Positions 9,969 to 19,838 of a stretch of DNA of 64,000 nt are shown here, piece after piece. Position 1 is the first letter of the stretch. Every line of letters begins with the position of its first letter. The stretch comes from an uncultured Armatimonadetes bacterium (GTDB lineage: Bacteria; Armatimonadota; Hebobacteria; Hebobacterales; Hebobacteraceae). The stretch covers positions 3,680,001 through 3,744,000 of the forward strand of contig OY970296.1 of NCBI GenBank assembly GCA_963716175.1, in the 5' to 3' direction. Position numbers and translations under genes: made by a program. The notes beneath the pieces are model-generated. The model was not told the DNA's origin and made no database searches. It worked only from the letters and a program-made list of their open reading frames with translations.

Positions 9969-9996
9969 ATCATACACCGCGGTGAGGGCTTGTCAA
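9969..9996 (-). promoter_or_regulatory. sigma70-type promoter of the yceD-rpmF-plsX-fab operon
   Basis: TTGACA-N16-TATGAT on the minus strand. Confidence 0.65.
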
Positions 9997-10080
9997 GCAT
10001 CGCCCCGAGGCGATCCGGAAAACGGGCAGCCAGCCCATTCGGGCTGGCTGACGAGGACCGGGCCGTCGTATCGGGGCCGG

Positions 10081-10530
10081 CTACTCGCTTTCGCCCTCCG
10101 CTGAGGGCTGCACCTCGCCCTGCTCCTGAGCTTGCTTCTGCAGCCGCGTGAAGAACCGCGTCTGATCCGGCGGGAAGAGCTGCTTGTCCACGAACCATTT
10201 CTGCGACCAGGCCGGCGCCGACCGGCGCATGTAGCGATCCGGCTTCCAGCGTGCCAGCAGCAGGCAATCGCCGGCCTCGGTGCGGACGACGCGTTGCTTG
10301 AAGATCAGGCCGTCGCAGATCGCGTCTGGCAGGTCCAGGGTGTGGTCAATGGGTAACACCTTTCGCCCGAAGTAGATCATGGCCGTGTTGTCTACATCGC
10401 TCACGCGATACGACTCTATCTCTTGCTTGACCGTGTTCTCCTTCCGCGTCAACCTGCGAGCGGAGAACCGATGCATGGGATGTCCCTCTCCCTCTGCCAG
10501 CATCCGCTTGATTGCATCCTGTGCGCTCAA
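10081..10530 (-). CDS. hypothetical protein (149 aa)
   Basis: Strong AAAGGAGG RBS before the TTG start; protein-like composition; no recognised domain. Confidence 0.75.
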   Translation of the reverse strand: MSAQDAIKRMLAEGEGHPMHRFSARRLTRKENTVKQEIESYRVSDVDNTAMIYFGRKVLPIDHTLDLPDAICDGLIFKQRVVRTEAGDCLLLARWKPDRYMRRSAPAWSQKWFVDKQLFPPDQTRFFTRLQKQAQEQGEVQPSAEGESE

Positions 10531-10885
10531 GAACGAGCCTCCTTTGGCCCCCGGCCCTTAGCCACGGCGGCAGCCAGCCCTCAAGGCGCGGCCGGCAAGC
10601 CCCATGGCCGAGCTGCCCGGCCAAGGCTGAGTGTAAAAGATCGTGCCGATCCGGCCCGACAGGCCTCGATCCAGCACCGTGTGCTCGTTAGGCAGAACCG
10701 CTATCCCCCCTAGCGTCCCCCTGGCCCGGAATGGCCGCCTATGCGGCCCGCCATCATAGGGTGAATTCGCCGCCGGCCCACACGAACCCTTCTCTCATGG
10801 GGTCAAGTGTGTGCTAGTCGCCGCCAGGCCTGTTCAGCCCGAAGTTCCGCCTGGCCTCCTGCAGGCAAGGGCTGTCTATGCCCGG

Positions 10886-12172
10886 TCACTCCGTCGGCAT
10901 GGTTACCGCTAGCACGAAATGGCGCAGCGCCTGCTGCGCCGCGGCCTGCACCCCGGCGGCGGCGACTGCCTGCACTGCCGCCGCGTAGCGCTCGCCGAAC
11001 CCCGCTCCGAGGCCCAGGACCTCGTACCAGGCCAGCGAGTAGGCCTGGTCTTTCATCCGCTGATGCGATAGGGCGTAGCTCCCCAGCAGATAGCGCTTGG
11101 CCTTTGCCAGCTCCTCGGGCGATACGGGCTCGCAGGCGATCGTGACGAGGGCATCGCGCAGCTTGGTCCTGACGAGCTCAATCTGACTGGGGTCCGTCAC
11201 CACGTAGACCGCGAGGTGGCTGGGACCCGCCAGCGTAGGGTAGAAGGTTGACACCTCATAGGCCAAGCCAAGCTCGTCGCGGAGCAGCCTGGGCAGGCGC
11301 GCGCTGGATCTGCCGCCCAGCAGGCTGTCGATGATCTGCATCTCGTAGTAGCCGGGTTCGCCTGCCGCGGGGGCGGGGAAGGCCAGCATCAGGTGGGCGC
11401 GCCGCACCGGCAATTCCCGAGCCACCACCTGTGACGAAGACAGAGATAGCGCCGGCTGCGGAGGACGGGGGCCTGCCGTGTTACCGGTCCAGTCGCCAAA
11501 GGCCCCGCGGACCGCCCGCGTCACCCGGGCCGAGGCGATCCCGCCGCACACCGCGAGCACCGCTCTTTCCGGCTGGTAGTAACGCTGGTGGAATGCCACC
11601 AACTCCTCCCGCGTCATGGAGGCGAGCGAGCTCGGGTCTCCGAAAACCGAGCGCGCGTAGGCATCGCCTCCGTACAGCGCCTGACGCAGCGCCAGATAGG
11701 TCTCCTGGAAACCATCCTCCTGGCCTGCTCGCGCCGTCTCCACGGCTGCCTGCCGCTGTCTCTCCACCTCCTCTGCCAGGAAGGCTGGGTGGCGAACCAT
11801 CTCCGCGACCATGCCCAAGGCCAGCTCGAATCCATCAGACGGCACCAGCGCGTAGATCTCGACATAGTCCAGGCCCAGCGAGGTGTCGGCCACCCCGCCG
11901 GCAGCGGCCAGCCGGCTTCCCATGCTGTCCCCGGTCTCGCTCACTGTGCCTCGCAGCAACAGCCGCTGCACCAGGCAGCGGACGCCGTTCCTGTCGGCAG
12001 GCTCGTCGCGGGCCGAGATGTCGAGCAGCAGATCAACCGCGACGATGTCGGTGCCAGGGTCATGGCGCGTCACGACTCGCAGGCCATTGGCCAGCGTGCC
12101 CCGCTCCACTTCCTGGCCGAGAGCGGCCGGCGCGGCGAGCGCCAGCGCGAGCAGCACCAGCATCCGCCTCAT
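10886..12172 (-). CDS. M16 (pitrilysin) family protein, probable non-catalytic subunit, exported
   Basis: LANGLRV, LLRGT, RDELGLAYEV; no HxxEH motif; signal peptide. Confidence 0.85.
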   Translation of the reverse strand: MRRMLVLLALALAAPAALGQEVERGTLANGLRVVTRHDPGTDIVAVDLLLDISARDEPADRNGVRCLVQRLLLRGTVSETGDSMGSRLAAAGGVADTSLGLDYVEIYALVPSDGFELALGMVAEMVRHPAFLAEEVERQRQAAVETARAGQEDGFQETYLALRQALYGGDAYARSVFGDPSSLASMTREELVAFHQRYYQPERAVLAVCGGIASARVTRAVRGAFGDWTGNTAGPRPPQPALSLSSSQVVARELPVRRAHLMLAFPAPAAGEPGYYEMQIIDSLLGGRSSARLPRLLRDELGLAYEVSTFYPTLAGPSHLAVYVVTDPSQIELVRTKLRDALVTIACEPVSPEELAKAKRYLLGSYALSHQRMKDQAYSLAWYEVLGLGAGFGERYAAAVQAVAAAGVQAAAQQALRHFVLAVTMPTE

Positions 12173-13497
12173 GGTTCTGACGCCCCGGGCCGCATCACCA
12201 CCCAGACCGGCTCGCCCGCGTACCAGGCTGCCACCCGGTCCATCTCCTCCGCGGTCACGCCCTGCACGTGAGGCAGGTACTGGGAGGCAGTGCGATAGCT
12301 GTCAATGGCCTCGTAGAAGCCCAGGGCCGCCGCGCGGTCAGGGGCGGTCTCGTTGGCGAAAGCGTACTCTCCCGCCAGCAGCTGCTTGGCTGCGGCCAGC
12401 TCCGCCGGGGCCACAGACTGCGAAGCGAGGCGGGACAGCTCGGCCCTGATCGCCTGCTTGACCTCGGGCAGCTTGTCCGGGTCGCAGATCGCCCACACCC
12501 CGAAAAGCCCCCGGTCGCGCTGAGTGAGGAAATCCACCCCCACACCCCTCACCAACCCGCGCTGCCCTTGCAGCTCTCGCACCAGGCGACCCACTTGGGG
12601 GTGTCCGAGGATGGTGGCGAGCACATCGCTGCCGCACACCCCCATCGGCTCCGAGACCGCGGGGCCAACGAAAACGGCCATCACATACGCCTCCCGCAGT
12701 GCGGTCTCGGCGACCTGCTCTCTGCCCGTCGGCGGCCTGGCGACTGTGGGCCAGCTACGCGGCGGCAGGGCCGCCGGCCTGAGCCCTGCGAAGATGCTCT
12801 CGACCTCCTGCAACGCGGCCCCGAAGTCCATCTTGCCAGTGACGATCACGGCCATGTTGTTGGGGACGTAACAGGTCTGATGGAACGAGGTGAGCTGGGC
12901 GCCGGTGATCTCTGACAGCGCGCGCTCATCCCCCTCAATGCGGCGGTGGTAGGGATGAGAGCTGCCATAGAGGGCCTCGAAGGCGAGGTCATTGAGCGCG
13001 GCGCGAGGCTGGTCCATCCGCTCGGCCGCCTCCTGCAGAATCACCGCTCGCTCCCGTGAGATCACCGCCTCGTCGAAGCTATCTCGCAGCACCATGGCGG
13101 CCAGGGCGTGCAGGGTGCGGGCAAGGTCGGAGGGCGGAACGGTGGCGTAGAAGCGCGTGAAATCGCGCAGCGTGCCGGCGTTGGTGACTCCGCCCACCTC
13201 CTCGATGGCGGCGCGAGGGTCACCCTCGTCGCCGCCCACCCAGCAGACGTGCTCCAGCAGGTGAGCCATGCCGGCCTGGTCGGGCGGGTCATCCGCGGAT
13301 CCGGTGCGCACCACGATCTCGACCGACACCACCGGCGCGGCCTCATCCTGACAGAGCACTACCCGCAGCCCGTTGCCCAGGGTCACTGCGCGAATGGCGC
13401 GCGGATCCAGCGCCTCGGCGCGGGCGGCTGCCGCCAGCAGCGCCAACCAGAGCGCGCCCAAGAGCGCACGCGGAAGGGAGCGGCCGATGCGGCTCAC
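12169..13497 (-). CDS. M16 family zinc metallopeptidase, exported
   Basis: GMAHLLEH, NAGT, ERAVILQE, YVPNN; signal peptide. Confidence 0.88.
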   Translation of the reverse strand: MSRIGRSLPRALLGALWLALLAAAARAEALDPRAIRAVTLGNGLRVVLCQDEAAPVVSVEIVVRTGSADDPPDQAGMAHLLEHVCWVGGDEGDPRAAIEEVGGVTNAGTLRDFTRFYATVPPSDLARTLHALAAMVLRDSFDEAVISRERAVILQEAAERMDQPRAALNDLAFEALYGSSHPYHRRIEGDERALSEITGAQLTSFHQTCYVPNNMAVIVTGKMDFGAALQEVESIFAGLRPAALPPRSWPTVARPPTGREQVAETALREAYVMAVFVGPAVSEPMGVCGSDVLATILGHPQVGRLVRELQGQRGLVRGVGVDFLTQRDRGLFGVWAICDPDKLPEVKQAIRAELSRLASQSVAPAELAAAKQLLAGEYAFANETAPDRAAALGFYEAIDSYRTASQYLPHVQGVTAEEMDRVAAWYAGEPVWVVMRPGASEP

Positions 13498-14507
13498 GCT
13501 AATCGCGCAAGCTGGTCGGCCGTGACGGCCCCCGGCGGCGTCTTCCCCGCGCAGACCAGGCGGATGTTTCTGACTGCGCCCAGCGCCATCTCCCAGTATC
13601 GCTCCCGCACCGGCCCCGAGATGTGGGGAGTGAGGATGACATTGGGGAGCTCCCGCAGCGGGTGGTCGGAGGGCAGCGGCTCCTGCGGGTCGAAGACGTC
13701 GAGCGCGGCGCTGAACCGGCCGGTCCTCAGCTCCGCCACCAAGGCCTCGGTGTCAATCAGCGCGCCGCGGGCGGTGTTCACGAGCACACTACCCTCGGGG
13801 ATCAGGCGCAGGCGCTCCGCGTTCAGCAGATGGCGCGTCGAGGGGATGCTGGCGGCGTGCAGCGAGATCACCCGGCAGGTGGTCAGGATTTGCTCCAGGG
13901 AAGCCGCCTTGCCGCCGAACTTCGCCATCACCGCCGGCTCCACATGGGGATCGTGGATGAGCAGGGTCGCTTTGAAAGGCCTCAGCAGGCGCGCGAATTC
14001 GCGGCCGGTTGACCCGAAACCAATCAGCCCCACCCGCTGTTCCAGCAGCGTTCGCGGGGACCCAACACTGGGGTCATTCCAGCCATGGCCCTCCTTCAGC
14101 ACGCGGTCGTGACGCGCCAGGTCGCGCAGGGAGGCCAGGGTCACCGCCAGCGCCATCTCGCCCACGTAACGGGCGATCACCGGGGCCGCGCTGGTGACCA
14201 CGATCCCGCGCTCGAACACGGCCTCGCTCACAAACGGCTTCACCGTGCCCGCGGCGTGGGCGATGATCTTCAAGTTGGGAGCAGCGGCCACCACCTCGGG
14301 CGTGAAGCGCGGCGACCCCCAGGTAGTGATGCAACCGACCGCCTCGGCCGCTCTCTCCCGCAGCTCGGCCTCCGTCAGATTACGGCCGAGGTCGTTGTAG
14401 CGCGCATCTGCGAACCTCGCCAGCTCCCGCCGCACGCGGTCGGTGAAGAGGTCCCGGAACAGCTCTCCATGGGCCAGCACCAGCACTTTCGGTTTGATTC
14501 GTGGCAC
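13494..14507 (-). CDS. D-isomer-specific 2-hydroxyacid dehydrogenase
   Basis: GLIGFGSTG, NTARG, ALDVF..EP, LTPHISG. Confidence 0.9.
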   Translation of the reverse strand: MPRIKPKVLVLAHGELFRDLFTDRVRRELARFADARYNDLGRNLTEAELRERAAEAVGCITTWGSPRFTPEVVAAAPNLKIIAHAAGTVKPFVSEAVFERGIVVTSAAPVIARYVGEMALAVTLASLRDLARHDRVLKEGHGWNDPSVGSPRTLLEQRVGLIGFGSTGREFARLLRPFKATLLIHDPHVEPAVMAKFGGKAASLEQILTTCRVISLHAASIPSTRHLLNAERLRLIPEGSVLVNTARGALIDTEALVAELRTGRFSAALDVFDPQEPLPSDHPLRELPNVILTPHISGPVRERYWEMALGAVRNIRLVCAGKTPPGAVTADQLARLA

Positions 14508-14815
14508 TTTGGTATCCTATCGGGGTGGAATGTAAACCGCTCCTCTCGCCGGACACCGGGCCCTCTCGCGCCTGGTCAGGAAGGGAGACCGTTCGAGCGG
14601 CGCGGGACCGGCCCGGGGTCCCTGGCGTCGCTCCGGTCTTCTGCAGCCCCTCTCCTCTGTCCTCTCGAAAGCGCGAACACGGCAGGAAAGGCCGCCTTCC
14701 CGGCCAATGCTAGACAGGTGATGAACGCTGGCGTGCCCACTCGCGTCAGCAGGCGGCCGCCCTCTTGCCGAGCACAGGCCTGGCGGGTGGACGCGGGGCT
14801 GCTTGAGAGGTCTCT

Positions 14816-15547
14816 GTGAGTCGGGTTTCCAGGTGCAAGTTCTGCGGCGCCTTCATTCAGGAGGAGGACCACTTCTGCTGGTCCTGCGGGTCAGCGCTCC
14901 AGCTTCCAGAGGCGCCCCCGCCCGGCCGGCCAGGCCCGCCCCCGGAGCTGAGGCCTGACCTCCAGCTCACGTTGCGCCGCGCCTTCCTGGCCCAGCGCCG
15001 CGGCCACCCCGACGAGGCCGAGAAGCTGGTGCGGGAGGCGCTGGCCCGGGAGCCGGACAACGTCTCCGCGCTGGCTATGCTGTCGGAGATGCTGCGCGCC
15101 AGGGGCGACCTGGTGGGCGCGGTGGATGCCGTTCAGCGCGCCACTGAGGCCGCCGCGGCCGGCGGCGCGGCACCAGAGGGCGCGCTGCAGCGGGCGAGAG
15201 AGGAGCGGACGCAGATCGAGCGGGACGTGCTGGGCGATCTGGGCGAGCTCTCCGACGGGGACTGGAACCCCCTCACTTTGTTCACCGCCACTGGCCTGGT
15301 CTGGTATCAGTCCGGGCGGTTCTACCTGGCGCTGGCGGCGATCGGATTCGTCGGGCTCTTGCTGGCGCTGGTGTCGCTGCTGCGCGGTGGAGCTCTGGGC
15401 TATCTGTGGTTCGGGGTGAGCTTGGTGGCGGCAGGATGGTGCTACTATGACGCGGAAACCCGGAGGGAATCCGGCCTCTTCTGGGGCCCGTTCGTGCTCT
15501 GCCTGGGCCCCTTCGGCCTTGCCATCTATCTGCTGGTGAGATATTAG
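14816..15547 (+). CDS. zinc-ribbon + TPR membrane protein
   Basis: CKFC..CWSC, TPR-like helices (AEKLVREALAREPDNVSAL) and C-terminal hydrophobic segments. Confidence 0.7.
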   Translation: MSRVSRCKFCGAFIQEEDHFCWSCGSALQLPEAPPPGRPGPPPELRPDLQLTLRRAFLAQRRGHPDEAEKLVREALAREPDNVSALAMLSEMLRARGDLVGAVDAVQRATEAAAAGGAAPEGALQRAREERTQIERDVLGDLGELSDGDWNPLTLFTATGLVWYQSGRFYLALAAIGFVGLLLALVSLLRGGALGYLWFGVSLVAAGWCYYDAETRRESGLFWGPFVLCLGPFGLAIYLLVRY

Positions 15548-15591
15548 GGCGCGCGGGCACGAGTCGCGCCCGCGTCCTGCGAGGGTAAGGG

Positions 15592-16560
15592 ATGCAGACC
15601 ATCGGTGTGTTCACCAGCGGCGGAGATGCCCCCGGCATGAATGCCTGCCTCCGGGCGGTGGTGCGCACCGCCATCCATGCCGGCTGCCGGATGGTGGGGA
15701 TCCGCCGCGGCTATGCCGGAATGCTGGCCGGCGAGTTCGAGGAGATGCCGGCCACCGCGGTCTCGAACATCATCCAGTTCGGCGGCACCATCCTCAAGAC
15801 CGCGCGCTGCGAGGAGTTCTTCCATCCGGAGGGCCGGGCGATGGCGGCGGCGCAGGTGCGCCAGGCCGGCATCGAAGGCCTGATCGCCATCGGCGGCGAC
15901 GGCACTTTCCACGGGGCGCACGCGCTCTGGCTGGAGCACCACATTCCGATCATTGGCCTCCCCGGCACCATAGACAATGATGTCTACGGGACTGATTGCA
16001 CCATCGGTTATGACACTGCGGTGAATACCGCACTGGACGCGATTGACCGTATCCGCGATACTGCCACCAGTCACGATCGCCTGTTCTTCGTGGAGGTGAT
16101 GGGCCGGCGCGCTGGCTTCATTGCGCTCACCGTGGGCGCCGCCGGTGGCGCCGAGCTGATCTTGATTCCGGAAACCAGGGTCCTTCCCCGGCAGATTTAC
16201 GATACCATCGCCGCGGGCCTGGCCCGGGGCAAGACCAGCAGCATCATCGTGGTGGCGGAGGGAGATGAGCAAGGAGGGGCCCTGGAGATCGCCCGCAAAG
16301 TGGGCCAACTCGGCGGCCTGGACATCCGCGTCACCATCCTGGGCCACGTGCAGCGGGGCGGCAAGCCCACCGCCCACGATCGGGTGCTCGCCAGCCAGCT
16401 CGGAGCGGCCGCCGTGCACGCTTTGCTGGAAGGGGATTCGGACAAGATGATCGGTCGGGTCAACCACCAGATAGTGCGCACCGCGCTGCCCGAGACCTGG
16501 GAGAAGAAGAAGACGATTGACCGGGGCCTCTACGACCTGGCCGCAGTGCTCGCCACGTGA
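15592..16560 (+). CDS. pfkA: 6-phosphofructokinase
   Basis: TSGGDAPGMN, GGDGT, PGTIDND, EVMGR, LGHVQRGG. Confidence 0.96.
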   Translation: MQTIGVFTSGGDAPGMNACLRAVVRTAIHAGCRMVGIRRGYAGMLAGEFEEMPATAVSNIIQFGGTILKTARCEEFFHPEGRAMAAAQVRQAGIEGLIAIGGDGTFHGAHALWLEHHIPIIGLPGTIDNDVYGTDCTIGYDTAVNTALDAIDRIRDTATSHDRLFFVEVMGRRAGFIALTVGAAGGAELILIPETRVLPRQIYDTIAAGLARGKTSSIIVVAEGDEQGGALEIARKVGQLGGLDIRVTILGHVQRGGKPTAHDRVLASQLGAAAVHALLEGDSDKMIGRVNHQIVRTALPETWEKKKTIDRGLYDLAAVLAT

Positions 16561-16566
16561 TGCGCT

Positions 16567-16643
16567 GTAGGGCGGGCATGTGGCTAGGCTTGGGCCGCCA
16601 TGGCGGTCGCCTCCGGCAACCTAGCCATCCGCGCATGCCCGCC
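16567..16643 (+). repeat. long REP-like palindrome with nested hairpin
   Basis: gtagggcgggcatg...gcatgcccgcc enclosing tggctagg..gccgccatggcgg..cctagcca; a similar inner element lies at 57899-57955. Confidence 0.7.
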
Positions 16644-16662
16644 GTGCGAAAGGAGATCTCGC

Positions 16663-17562
16663 ATGCTGGTAGCATCCAAGGAATTGGTGGGGCCGGCCCG
16701 CGCCGGAGGCTATGCGGTGGGGGCGTTCAACGCGGTGAACATGGAGAGCGCCCAGGCCATCTTCGCCGCCGCCGAGGAGACGCGATCCCCCTTCATCATC
16801 CAGATCACGCAGACCACCCTGAGCTACACCGAGCCCGAGGAGCTGTTCGCGTTGATTGCGGCCCAGGGTAAGAAGGCGAAGGTGCCCTTCGCCGTTCACC
16901 TCGACCATGGGCGAAGCTTCGACGTCTGCATGCGGTTCCTCCGGCTGGGGGTCACCTCGCTGATGATAGACGGCTCCCTCCAGGAGGACGGCAGGACGCC
17001 CCGGTCATATGAAGAGAATGTGGAGGTGACGCGCCGGGTGGCCGCGGCCGCCCACGCCATGGGGGTGACGGTGGAGGCGGAGATCGGCCGGCTGGGCCAG
17101 GTGAGCACCGAAGCCGACGCCGCCGAGCACCTCACCATCGCGGACGAGGCGGTCCGCTTCTTCAACGATGCCGGGGTGGACATGCTGGCGGTGGCCATCG
17201 GCACCACCCACGGCCTGTTCAAGGGCCGGCCTCACATCGCCCATGACCGCCTCCAGCAGATCGCGGCCCGCGTCCCCATCCCCCTGGTGATGCACGGCGG
17301 CACCGGCGTCCCGGACGAGGATGTGCGCAAGGCGGTCTCGCTGGGCATCGCCAAGGTCAATATAGACACGCAGATCCGCGTCGCCTTCTATGAAGCCGTC
17401 ATCGAGCAGGTGCACCGGGTGGAGAAAGAGTTCGCCGACACGGATGCGGCCGGCGGGGTGAGGAGATACGATGTCCGTAAGATCCTGGCACCCACCCGGG
17501 AGGCGATGCGGCAGGCCGTGATTGGCCGCATGACCGTCTTCGGCTCGGCCGGAAAGGCATAG
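16663..17562 (+). CDS. fba: class II fructose-bisphosphate aldolase
   Basis: GYAVGAFN, HLDHG, EAEIG, AIGTTHG, MHGGTG, KVNIDT; AGGAG RBS. Confidence 0.93.
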   Translation: MLVASKELVGPARAGGYAVGAFNAVNMESAQAIFAAAEETRSPFIIQITQTTLSYTEPEELFALIAAQGKKAKVPFAVHLDHGRSFDVCMRFLRLGVTSLMIDGSLQEDGRTPRSYEENVEVTRRVAAAAHAMGVTVEAEIGRLGQVSTEADAAEHLTIADEAVRFFNDAGVDMLAVAIGTTHGLFKGRPHIAHDRLQQIAARVPIPLVMHGGTGVPDEDVRKAVSLGIAKVNIDTQIRVAFYEAVIEQVHRVEKEFADTDAAGGVRRYDVRKILAPTREAMRQAVIGRMTVFGSAGKA

Positions 17563-17573
17563 CTCGTAGCGGC

Positions 17574-18290
17574 GTGATTCATCACGCCCACGTGGAGGAG
17601 CGTGTGAGTCTGGGGCTCGCGGTGGTGATCATCGGCCTGGATCGCGAGCCCACCGCCAGCCTCGCGGCCGACGTGCGGCGGCTCGGCTACCGCGCGGAAG
17701 TAATCGCCTGGCCCTTTCCTCAGCCCTGGAGGGCGGGCATACCTAGGCCCGCCGCGGTGCTGGTGGATTTCCGCCTCCTGGGGGCGGAGGCGGGCCGGGC
17801 CTGTCAGGCGGTACGGGAAGACCCAGGGCTGCGCCAGGCGCCGCTGGTCGCGGTCGTCCCCGAGCAAGAGGCGGCGCGGCTTGACCTCTCCCTCGGCTTC
17901 GATGACCTGATTCTGTCCCCCTATCGGCTGTCCGAGCTCGCCTCCCGCCTGAGGCTCGTGCGATGGCGCACCGAAGGCGACTCCTCCAACCAGGTGATTC
18001 GTGCCGGCAGACTCAGCCTCAATCAGGTCACCTATCAGGTGGCGATCGCGGGCCGCGCGGTTGAGCTCACCCTGAAGGAGTACCAACTGCTGCTGTTTCT
18101 GATGCGGCAGCCGGGTCGTGTCTTCACCCGGGAGGAGCTGCTCTACCATGTCTGGGGCGACTCCTACTTCGGGGGCACACGCACCGTGGACGTCCACGTG
18201 CGCCGCCTTCGGGCGAAGACCGAGCAGGCCGGCAACCTGATCGAGACCGTGCGCGGGGTGGGCTATCGCTTCACCTCGCCGGAAGGGTAG
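17574..18290 (+). CDS. glnR: OmpR-family orphan response regulator, GlnR-like (atypical receiver)
   Basis: C-terminal wHTH ...PGRVFTREELLYHVWGDSYFGGTRTVDVHVRRLRAK...TVRGVGYRF closely resembles actinobacterial GlnR; degenerate receiver; lies directly upstream of glnA. Confidence 0.72.
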   Translation: MIHHAHVEERVSLGLAVVIIGLDREPTASLAADVRRLGYRAEVIAWPFPQPWRAGIPRPAAVLVDFRLLGAEAGRACQAVREDPGLRQAPLVAVVPEQEAARLDLSLGFDDLILSPYRLSELASRLRLVRWRTEGDSSNQVIRAGRLSLNQVTYQVAIAGRAVELTLKEYQLLLFLMRQPGRVFTREELLYHVWGDSYFGGTRTVDVHVRRLRAKTEQAGNLIETVRGVGYRFTSPEG

Positions 18291-18443
18291 GGACGCAGTT
18301 CATGGCGCCCCACGGGGCGTGGTGAATAACGCCCCTACATTTCTCGCCTTCGAAACATGCCGGAAACATGGCCCTGTTATCATGGGTCGGCGTAGGGGCG
18401 CAGTTCATTGCGCCCCACGGGGTGTGACGAATCACGCCCCTGC
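18288..18443 (+). repeat. two REP doublets (GTAGGG(A/G)CG...CGCCCCTRC)
   Basis: gtagggacgcagttcatggcgccccacggggcgtggtgaataacgcccctac and gtaggggcgcagttcattgcgccccacggggtgtgacgaatcacgcccctgc. Confidence 0.8.
18352..18383 (+). promoter_or_regulatory. putative GlnR box and extended -10 for glnA
   Basis: GAAAC-atgccg-GAAAC (18352-18367; direct repeat GAAACATG with 11-bp period), followed by TG-t-TATCAT. Confidence 0.6.
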
Positions 18444-18479
18444 AAGGACCACACACCTCAACAGACAAGGAGCAGCACC

Positions 18480-19821
18480 ATGGCCAGCCATCCGGAGCAA
18501 GTGCAGTATGTGCTCAGCAAGGCGAAGGAGCACGACGTCAAGTTCATACGCTTCTGGTTCACGGATATCCTCGGCTTCCTGAAGAGCTTCGCCATCACCG
18601 TCGAGGAGCTGGAGCTCTCCCTGGTGGAGGGGCAGGGGTTCGACGGGTCATCCATCCAGGGTTTCGCCAGGATTGACGAGAGCGATATGATCGCCATGCC
18701 AGACCCCAGCACATTCGCGGTGCTGCCCTGGCGACCGCGGGAGGGAGGCGCGGTGGCGCGCATGTTCTGCGACATCCTGGAGCCCGATGGAACCCCCTAT
18801 GTCGGCGATCCCCGCTATGTGCTCAAGCGCGCCCTGCAGCGTGCCGCCGATATGGGGTTCACTTACTATGTAGGGCCTGAGCTGGAGTACTTCTACCTGC
18901 GCGATGCCGAGCGCGTCGCCCCAGACCCTCGACCAGGGCGGCTACTTCGACCTCACGCCGCTGGACGTGGCCAGCGACCTGAGGCGACAGACCGTGCTCA
19001 CGCTGGAGGAGATGGGGATCGGGGTGGAGTACAGCCACCACGAGGTGGCGCCCAGCCAGCACGAGATCGATCTGCGCTACACCGACGCCCTCACCATGGC
19101 CGACAATGCCATGACCTACCGCCTGGTGGTGAAGGAGGTGGCCATGAAGCACGGAGTTTACGCCACCTTCATGCCCAAGCCCATCTTCGGCCAGAACGGA
19201 AGCGGGATGCATACCCATCAGTCCCTGTTCCGCGGCGACAAGAACGCCTTCTTCGATCCGCAGGCCGAGGCCCATCTCTCCCAGACCGCGCTGCAGTTCA
19301 TCGCCGGATTGCTCCACCACGCCCGTGAGATCACCCTGGTCACCAACCAGTGGGTGAACAGCTTCAAGCGGCTGGTGCCGGGATACGAGGCGCCGATTTA
19401 CCTCTCCTGGGCGCGGCGCAATCGCTCCGATCTCATCCGGGTGCCGGTCTACAAGCCCGGCAAAGAGAAGGCCACGCGCATCGAGTACCGCGCCCCGGAC
19501 CCGGCCTGCAATCCTTACCTGGCGTTCGCCGTGATGCTGACGGCCGGGCTGGAGGGAATCGAGAAGGGATATCAGTGCCCTGCCCCGGTGGAGCGGAATG
19601 TCTACGAGATGAGCGGGGAGGAGCGCCTCCGCGCGGGCATCGGCCAGCTTCCCGGCGACCTCTTAGAGGCGATCGAGGTGGCCGAGTCCAGCGACCTGGT
19701 GCGGCGTGCCCTGGGAGACCACGTTTTCGAGAAGTTCATCGCCAACAAAACGATCGAGTGGAACAACTATCGCTCCCAGGTCACGGCCTACGAGCTGGAG
19801 CGCTACTTGCCTATCCTTTGA
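18480..19821 (+). CDS. glnA: glutamine synthetase type I; +1 frameshift near 18910
   Basis: [16 protein letters not shown], then in the next frame [51 protein letters not shown]. Confidence 0.93.
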
Positions 19822-19838
19822 ACCAGGGGGAAGCCCGG

